A program made the position numbers and the translations under genes. A stretch of 64,000 bases of DNA from an uncultured euryarchaeote (GTDB lineage: Archaea > Thermoplasmatota > Poseidoniia > Poseidoniales > Poseidoniaceae): contig CALBRH010000025.1 of NCBI GenBank assembly GCA_937899865.1, positions 32,001 to 96,000 of the forward strand, written 5' to 3'. Positions 58,459-64,000 of this stretch are shown piece after piece; positions within the stretch are counted from its first letter, which is position 1, and each line of letters begins with the position of its first letter. Below the pieces are notes generated by a model. The model had not been told where the DNA came from. It did no database searches and saw only the letters and a program-made list of their open reading frames with translations.

Positions 58459-60558
58459 ATGGATATTACAAACATACCTTTGATTGCAGCAGGGACAGGT
58501 CTTTTTGGGCTTGTAATTGCTTTTATGTTATACATGCGAGTGAACAGTGTAAAGATTGACAACAAAGTTGTTGCCGACATTACCGAAGAAATACAAGATG
58601 GTGCTATGGCCTTCCTTAAGGCAGAGTACAAAATTCTTGGATTATTCGTCGCAGCAGTAGGTGTTCTGTTGTTTGTTCTCAACGATGTTGAGACAACAAT
58701 AGCATTCTTTGCTGGTGCACTGGCATCAGTCGCTGCAGGGTTCTCTGGAATGAGAGCAGCAACTTCCGCAAACGGCAGAACTGCAATGGCTGCTAAGAGC
58801 GGTGGACAACCAGCTGCACTTGCAGTTTCCTACAACGGTGGCGCAGTTATGGGTCTATCAGTTGGAGGACTTGGTCTGCTTGGTATTTCACTAGTCGCAT
58901 GGTGGCTAGGTGCTGGTGAAACAGCATCAGGTAGTGGAGATGCAGCAGCAAGCGGACTAAATGTAATCCAAGCAGCAGCCGGATTCGGTATGGGTGCATC
59001 TTCAATTGCTCTCTTCGCTCGTGTTGGTGGTGGAATTTACACCAAGGCGGCTGACGTGGGTGCTGACTTAGTCGGTAAGGTTGAAGCAGGTATTCCAGAA
59101 GATGACCCAAGAAATCCTGGTGTCATCGCTGACAATGTCGGTGACAACGTCGGTGACGTAGCTGGAATGGGTGCTGATATCTTCGAATCGTTCGTCGGTT
59201 CTATTATTGCAGCAATGATCATCGCTAACGAGTTCACTGGCGACAATGCTGCTGACTATGTTCTACTTCCAATCATGCTTGGTTTCATTGGTTACGCCGC
59301 ATCCATAATCGGTGTTTTCTCAATGGCCTTCCTAAAGAACGGCAAAGACCCAGCAGCAGCACTTAGAAACACCACATTCATTGGTGCAATTCTATTTGCA
59401 ATTGGTGGTTATGCATCAATCCAACAAGGTATCATCGATGTCGAATACGGCGTCATGCACTCAGTTGTTCTTGGTAGCATAGTCGGAATCCTAATCGGTT
59501 TAGTGACAGAATACTACACTGGTATCGAGCCGGTATTTGGTATCAAGACCAAGGCGATTCCACACATTGGTGAAATGTCCAAGACTGGACCAGCAACCAA
59601 CGCTATCGCTGGATTATCAGTAGGTATGATGTCGACTTTCATTCCTATACTTTTGATTGCACTTGGTATTCTTGGCGCTAACGAATTTGGCGGCGATGAG
59701 TACGGCCTGTACTGTATTGCTATGGCAGCAATGGGTATGCTAGCAACTGTTGGTGTAACAATGACAGTTGACGCATATGGACCAGTTGCTGACAATGCTG
59801 GCGGTATTGCAGAGATGAGCGGTCTTGGCGATGATGTCAGAGCTATCACAGACGAACTTGACTCCATTGGTAACACCACTGCAGCAGTTGGTAAGGGATT
59901 CGCAATCGGTTCTGCTGCTCTAACAGCACTTGCTCTATTCGCTGCTTACAACACAGCAGTCGGTGGCGTTAACCTAAATCTAACAGAGCCAATGGTCGTA
60001 ATTGGTCTACTAATTGGTGGCGGACTACCATTCGTAGTTGCTGCTATGACAATGACTTCAGTCGGTAAGGCTGCAGGTGACATGGTTGTTGAGATTCGCC
60101 GACAATTCAGAGAAATCGACGGTCTGCTAGAAGGTAAGGAAGGTGTCAAGCCAGATTCCAAGAAGTGTGTCGATATCTCTACTCAAGCAGCACTAAGAGA
60201 AATGATTGGCCCAGGTGTGGTAGCAATTCTTGCACCAGTAGTTGTTGGTCTTGCTCTTGGTACTGCTGCTCTAGGTGGTATGTTGGCAGGTTCATTGGTT
60301 ACTGGAGTACTTCTTGCACTATTCATGGCTAATGCTGGTGGTGCATGGGACAACGCCAAGAAAGCCATCGAGCAAAACCACATTGAAGGCGCTAAGAAAG
60401 GTGACGAGGCTCATGATGCAGCAGTTATTGGTGACACTATTGGTGACCCATTCAAGGACACCTCTGGTCCATCACTAAACATTCTGATCAAGTTGATGTC
60501 AATCGTTGCTGTAGTTCTTGCTGGAACCGGCGAATTAACCAAGAATGGTCTTCTGTGA
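58459..60558 (+). CDS. hppA: Membrane-integral pyrophosphatase, K+-dependent, probably Na+-translocating
   Basis: [60 protein letters not shown]; ATG 58459 with SD AGGTG. Confidence 0.97.
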   Translation: MDITNIPLIAAGTGLFGLVIAFMLYMRVNSVKIDNKVVADITEEIQDGAMAFLKAEYKILGLFVAAVGVLLFVLNDVETTIAFFAGALASVAAGFSGMRAATSANGRTAMAAKSGGQPAALAVSYNGGAVMGLSVGGLGLLGISLVAWWLGAGETASGSGDAAASGLNVIQAAAGFGMGASSIALFARVGGGIYTKAADVGADLVGKVEAGIPEDDPRNPGVIADNVGDNVGDVAGMGADIFESFVGSIIAAMIIANEFTGDNAADYVLLPIMLGFIGYAASIIGVFSMAFLKNGKDPAAALRNTTFIGAILFAIGGYASIQQGIIDVEYGVMHSVVLGSIVGILIGLVTEYYTGIEPVFGIKTKAIPHIGEMSKTGPATNAIAGLSVGMMSTFIPILLIALGILGANEFGGDEYGLYCIAMAAMGMLATVGVTMTVDAYGPVADNAGGIAEMSGLGDDVRAITDELDSIGNTTAAVGKGFAIGSAALTALALFAAYNTAVGGVNLNLTEPMVVIGLLIGGGLPFVVAAMTMTSVGKAAGDMVVEIRRQFREIDGLLEGKEGVKPDSKKCVDISTQAALREMIGPGVVAILAPVVVGLALGTAALGGMLAGSLVTGVLLALFMANAGGAWDNAKKAIEQNHIEGAKKGDEAHDAAVIGDTIGDPFKDTSGPSLNILIKLMSIVAVVLAGTGELTKNGLL

Positions 60559-60608
60559 TTAAATCATACGCTTTCAAGCGTTAGACTTTCAAAAGAAGTC
60601 ATACACGC

Positions 60609-61571
60609 ATGCACATGCGTGCTTACTTGTTGTCGCTGTTAATGATGACAGTTAGCCTTGCAGGATGCATTAACGACGAAGGCTCAAACCTTGGCGGTAT
60701 CGGTGATACTACTGAGGACGAGTTAGCCCTTCCTGATTGGCAAATAGGCGACCAATGGCTATACACATTCATCACACCTGAATTTGGTGAAGATAGCACC
60801 CGCTTGGTGGTTGCTGATGTTAGAGAAGATGATGGCCAGTTCATGCTTGGAATCTCCTCTGAAGGTGAGGCACAGCGTCATGCAGTAATCAATCACAATC
60901 CATTTTTAGGCAGAGTCACTATGGATGGTTTGTCTGTATATGAAAACGGAGAGCCACAACCAGTATTCAATTTCCCATGGGCAGTTGGCAATACATGGGA
61001 TTTCAGACTGTTTGGACAACAATGGACAGCAAGTACTGACAACATCTACAACGGTGAAGTCACAGTTTCTGCTAGTTCAGATGAAGGGCATGAATTAGAT
61101 TATGTCTTCAGTGGCCGCCAAGGATTCATCAAGACATTGGTGTGGCAAGATAGTGAAGGTACTGAGAATTTGCGAATGAATCTAAACCAAAAAAAGACTG
61201 GTTACACAGGAGATGTTTTCTTCTATCGTGCAGGAGACCTTCACGATAATCTTTACACCGAAAATGACCAAGAAATTTATGACTCATTCTTTGATGAAGG
61301 CTATTCCTCTAACGAAGCTTGGGATACTTTAGTGTGGTATTTAGATGTTGAAATTGATGAAAAAGGTTCAGGTTCATTGACAATAAGTGATCAGCAAGAT
61401 GGTTCATCTCCACTGTCAAGAGCGTGGGGTAATGGTGCGACTGAGAAAGGTTCTTTCGGTACAATTCCATCAAAGTCTGGCGAGCATAGGATAACTCTTA
61501 CCTTACAAGGTGAGACCTCAGTAGTACATCTCAAAGTAGCAGGTGCACTAGTTCGCTCATGGTCGCTATGA
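60609..61571 (+). CDS. Lipoprotein of unknown function with PxWxxGDxWxY domain
   Basis: Lipobox LAGC; LPDWQIGDQWLY and FNFPWAVGNTW motifs. Confidence 0.65.
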   Translation: MHMRAYLLSLLMMTVSLAGCINDEGSNLGGIGDTTEDELALPDWQIGDQWLYTFITPEFGEDSTRLVVADVREDDGQFMLGISSEGEAQRHAVINHNPFLGRVTMDGLSVYENGEPQPVFNFPWAVGNTWDFRLFGQQWTASTDNIYNGEVTVSASSDEGHELDYVFSGRQGFIKTLVWQDSEGTENLRMNLNQKKTGYTGDVFFYRAGDLHDNLYTENDQEIYDSFFDEGYSSNEAWDTLVWYLDVEIDEKGSGSLTISDQQDGSSPLSRAWGNGATEKGSFGTIPSKSGEHRITLTLQGETSVVHLKVAGALVRSWSL

Positions 61572-61580
61572 GGTGAATAC

Positions 61581-62192
61581 TTGCCAACTCTAATTATGAT
61601 GCATGGCATGACTGGCGACGCAGAAATGATGCGTCCGTTTGCTGAAAAAATACTTCCAAATGGCTGGACACTAATTGTCCCAGAGGCTCGTTATGACCAT
61701 CCTGTTAGAGGTAAGACTTGGTGGAGATACGAAGATTATGACTCTGACGCAACTCGCCGTGCTAATCTTTCAAGAAGAGAATTAATCGATGTTGATTCAA
61801 GTTTATCACAATTAGAACAATTGATTGCTAATGAAGCGCCTAAAGGCCCGCTTGTAGTTGGTGGATTTTCACAAGGCGGTGCTATGGCACAAGAATTACT
61901 TCATTTGCCAATTGCCGACCGAATTTTAGGAATAATATGCATTGGAACTCGACTTGTCCGCCCTATGGAGTTACGCATGAGACTTGAAGAATTAGAAAGT
62001 AAGCGAATGTTTTGGATGCATGGGGAGCGAGATGTCCGAGTATCTTTGGAGGATGGTTTTGCAATAGCCAGTTTGTTCGAGTCTGCTGGATGGGCAATCG
62101 AGATGATTGAACACAAAAAAGGACATATGATTCCTACAGAACATCATGAATCTTTGATAGAATGGCTTGCAACTTTTACCGATTCATCTTAG
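61581..62192 (+). CDS. Alpha/beta hydrolase (phospholipase/carboxylesterase)
   Basis: MHGMTG oxyanion, GFSQG, HGERD, GH triad. Confidence 0.87.
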   Translation: MPTLIMMHGMTGDAEMMRPFAEKILPNGWTLIVPEARYDHPVRGKTWWRYEDYDSDATRRANLSRRELIDVDSSLSQLEQLIANEAPKGPLVVGGFSQGGAMAQELLHLPIADRILGIICIGTRLVRPMELRMRLEELESKRMFWMHGERDVRVSLEDGFAIASLFESAGWAIEMIEHKKGHMIPTEHHESLIEWLATFTDSS

Positions 62193-62459
62193 GTATACAT
62201 TGGTTTCATCAAAACCACCAATAAACATTACATTTCCTTCTCGTAAATCAAAAATAACCGGTACGGTTCTGTGTCCTGTAGCTGCTACTACTGCTTGTCG
62301 AAGTCCTGGATGCTCATCAAAATTGAATTCTTTGTAGGTCAAATTCTTATTGGCAAATAGTCGCTTTGCTGCATTACAGTAGCCACAAAAGTTACCGGTA
62401 TAGAGCAAAAAATCAGTACCAGCATCTTTAGCGTGCTCCAAAATCACTTCTTCCGACAT
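62184..62459 (-). CDS. Glutaredoxin
   Basis: CGYC, RTVPVIF, IGGFD. Confidence 0.9.
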   Translation of the reverse strand: MSEEVILEHAKDAGTDFLLYTGNFCGYCNAAKRLFANKNLTYKEFNFDEHPGLRQAVVAATGHRTVPVIFDLREGNVMFIGGFDETNVYLR

Positions 62460-62571
62460 GATGTCCACAACTGCCTCATACCTATCTATTTTAACAGTTA
62501 GTATTGGTCAATGTTATGGATTTTAGCAAGGGTTTGAATACCATATTTACTACCTTTGTAATGGTGAGAAA

Positions 62572-63411
62572 GTGGTTAAACGTAGTGTCAAATCAATCAT
62601 TCCAACTCATACGGTACTGGAGGGTGGCGGCTTCAAGGTAAGACGGCCAGTTGCTATGGGCTCTCTAATGTCACCATTTTTATTACTCGATGAAATGGGT
62701 CCAGTAAACTATGGTCCAAGGGAAGCAATTGGTGCCCCTTCACATCCTCATCGTGGTTTTGAAACCGTTACTTACATGCTTGAGGGAGCAATGCAACACG
62801 CAGATTCAGCAGGTAATTCTGGCGATCTAAATCCTGGTGATGTTCAATGGATGACTGCTGGTAGAGGCATTATTCATTCAGAATTACCGCATCCTGATTT
62901 CTATGAGGCAGGTGGCAAAATGCACGGTTTTCAAATTTGGGTAAATCTACCCGCTAAGGATAAGATGATGTCACCTCGCTACCAAGATATTCCTTCAGAA
63001 GATTTGCCAACAGTTGAGTCAACAGATGGTAATGTGTGGGCCAAAATTATAGCGGGTGAGGCCATGGGTGCCAAGGCAGTAATAGATACTGTTATTCCAA
63101 TTCAATTCATTCATTTTCGTATGAAACAAGATGCTGAATTGGTACATCATGTAGGTAATGATTTGAACGCTATGATGTATATGTTCGGCGGTAGTGCAAA
63201 GATTGCTGGTGAAACAGTTGAGGATGGACAATTAGTTTTGTTAGATGGAGGTAGTGAAGTCGATATAAGTACTGAATCAGGTGCAGAATTCTTACTCTTA
63301 GCAGGTCCAGAAATCAATGAACCAATTGCTCGTTATGGTCCGTTTGTCATGAATACAAGACAAGAGATTCACCAAGCAATTATCGATTATCAAAATGGTA
63401 CTTTGGCTTAA
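62572..63411 (+). CDS. Pirin family bicupin
   Basis: PFLLLDE, HPHRGFETVTY, QWMTAGRGIIHSE, FQIWVNLP, GPFVMN. Confidence 0.95.
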   Translation: MVKRSVKSIIPTHTVLEGGGFKVRRPVAMGSLMSPFLLLDEMGPVNYGPREAIGAPSHPHRGFETVTYMLEGAMQHADSAGNSGDLNPGDVQWMTAGRGIIHSELPHPDFYEAGGKMHGFQIWVNLPAKDKMMSPRYQDIPSEDLPTVESTDGNVWAKIIAGEAMGAKAVIDTVIPIQFIHFRMKQDAELVHHVGNDLNAMMYMFGGSAKIAGETVEDGQLVLLDGGSEVDISTESGAEFLLLAGPEINEPIARYGPFVMNTRQEIHQAIIDYQNGTLA

Positions 63412-63481
63412 TCAATAAAAGACGGCAGAATTAACGATTTTCATCGGAATAACTTAGATACCCAAACTTCGAGTGATAAAT

Positions 63482-64000
63482 ATGGAATGGGAGGCATTGG
63501 CAACTGTTTTGACGTTGTTAACAATTGGCGTTGTAACTCCTGGTCCTAACAATATAACCTGCATTTCACACAGCGCAATTCATGGGGCTAAGTCAAATAA
63601 AAACCTAATATTTGGTATGGCTATCGGTTTTATTATTGTTCATTTGATTGTTGGAATGTTGGTTGAGAATGTTGAAGAAGGTAGCACTGCATTACAGGTC
63701 TTTCATTATTTTGGGTTGCTATTTATTTTCGCAATTGCCCTTAGAGTATTCACGCTAAACCCTGCATTAATCAACAAAGCAGTGGAAAGTAATTCGCTAT
63801 TATCACTTACAGAACGAACAGTGACCTCAGTCCCTATTCTTGGTTTTAAAACCGGCTTGTTTATGCAGTTTATCAACGGCAAGGAGTGGGCATTTGTTTT
63901 TGCAATTATGTGGTTGGCATTGGAAGGTTTTGGTGGTGGCTGGATTGGAATTCTAAGTATTACTGCAATAACAACTACTGGTGGTTTAATTGCCATGATT
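63482..64000 (+). CDS. LysE-family translocator (truncated by window end; not in the ORF track)
   Basis: My translation from ATG 63482: MEWEALATVLTLLTIGVVTPGPNNI...GMAIG...GLFMQFINGK..., open to 64000; TPGPNN and Q.xN.K are LysE hallmarks. Confidence 0.8.
   Translation, partial: MEWEALATVLTLLTIGVVTPGPNNITCISHSAIHGAKSNKNLIFGMAIGFIIVHLIVGMLVENVEEGSTALQVFHYFGLLFIFAIALRVFTLNPALINKAVESNSLLSLTERTVTSVPILGFKTGLFMQFINGKEWAFVFAIMWLALEGFGGGWIGILSITAITTTGGLIAMI

Noticed and set aside
60568-60600. Two 5-bp hairpins after hppA (ACGCT-TTCA-AGCGT; GACTT-N7-AAGTC)
   Set aside because: Too short, no T-tract, and they overlap a plausible promoter for the next gene.
1-64000. tRNA, rRNA, CRISPR arrays, transposases, integrases, defence systems
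   Set aside because: Intergenic gaps are short and show no cloverleaf/T-loop motifs or spaced repeats; no ORF has such motifs. By-eye check only; tRNAscan-SE, CRISPRCasFinder and DefenseFinder would be decisive.

Overview
Archaeal, AT-rich (roughly 40% GC by eye), densely coding window. TBP, SepF, an archaellum operon and aconitase X occur alongside bacterial-type genes (glutamine-dependent NadE, TrhO, PolX-PHP, IleRS2, Nth) and giant acidic membrane-anchored surface proteins. This mix is most consistent with Marine Group II archaea (Ca. Poseidoniales, Thermoplasmatota); that assignment is an inference. I find about 42 credible CDS and no rRNA, tRNA, CRISPR array or mobile element. Most notable: (1) an archaellum locus (arlB1-arlB2-arlCDE-like-arlF-G-H-I-J) with no chemotaxis genes, preceded by three overlapping unknown genes including a 1.6-kaa Ig-repeat polytopic membrane protein. 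Its archaellins have atypical leaders, no N-glycosylation sequons and a Cys pair, and they are flanked by stem-loops; ArlF carries a phage-structural-like insert. (2) A secreted LTD-amidohydrolase with a cytoplasmic EF-hand pair. (3) A Reelin-repeat-like domain in a 1.7-kaa surface protein. (4) Mevalonate kinase plus a single-chain aconitase X with the small subunit fused C-terminally. (5) A structured leader upstream of a Na+-type membrane pyrophosphatase. (6) A degenerate TATA-like hexamer 23 nt upstream of many start codons. All family assignments come from motifs recognised by eye; no searches were run.
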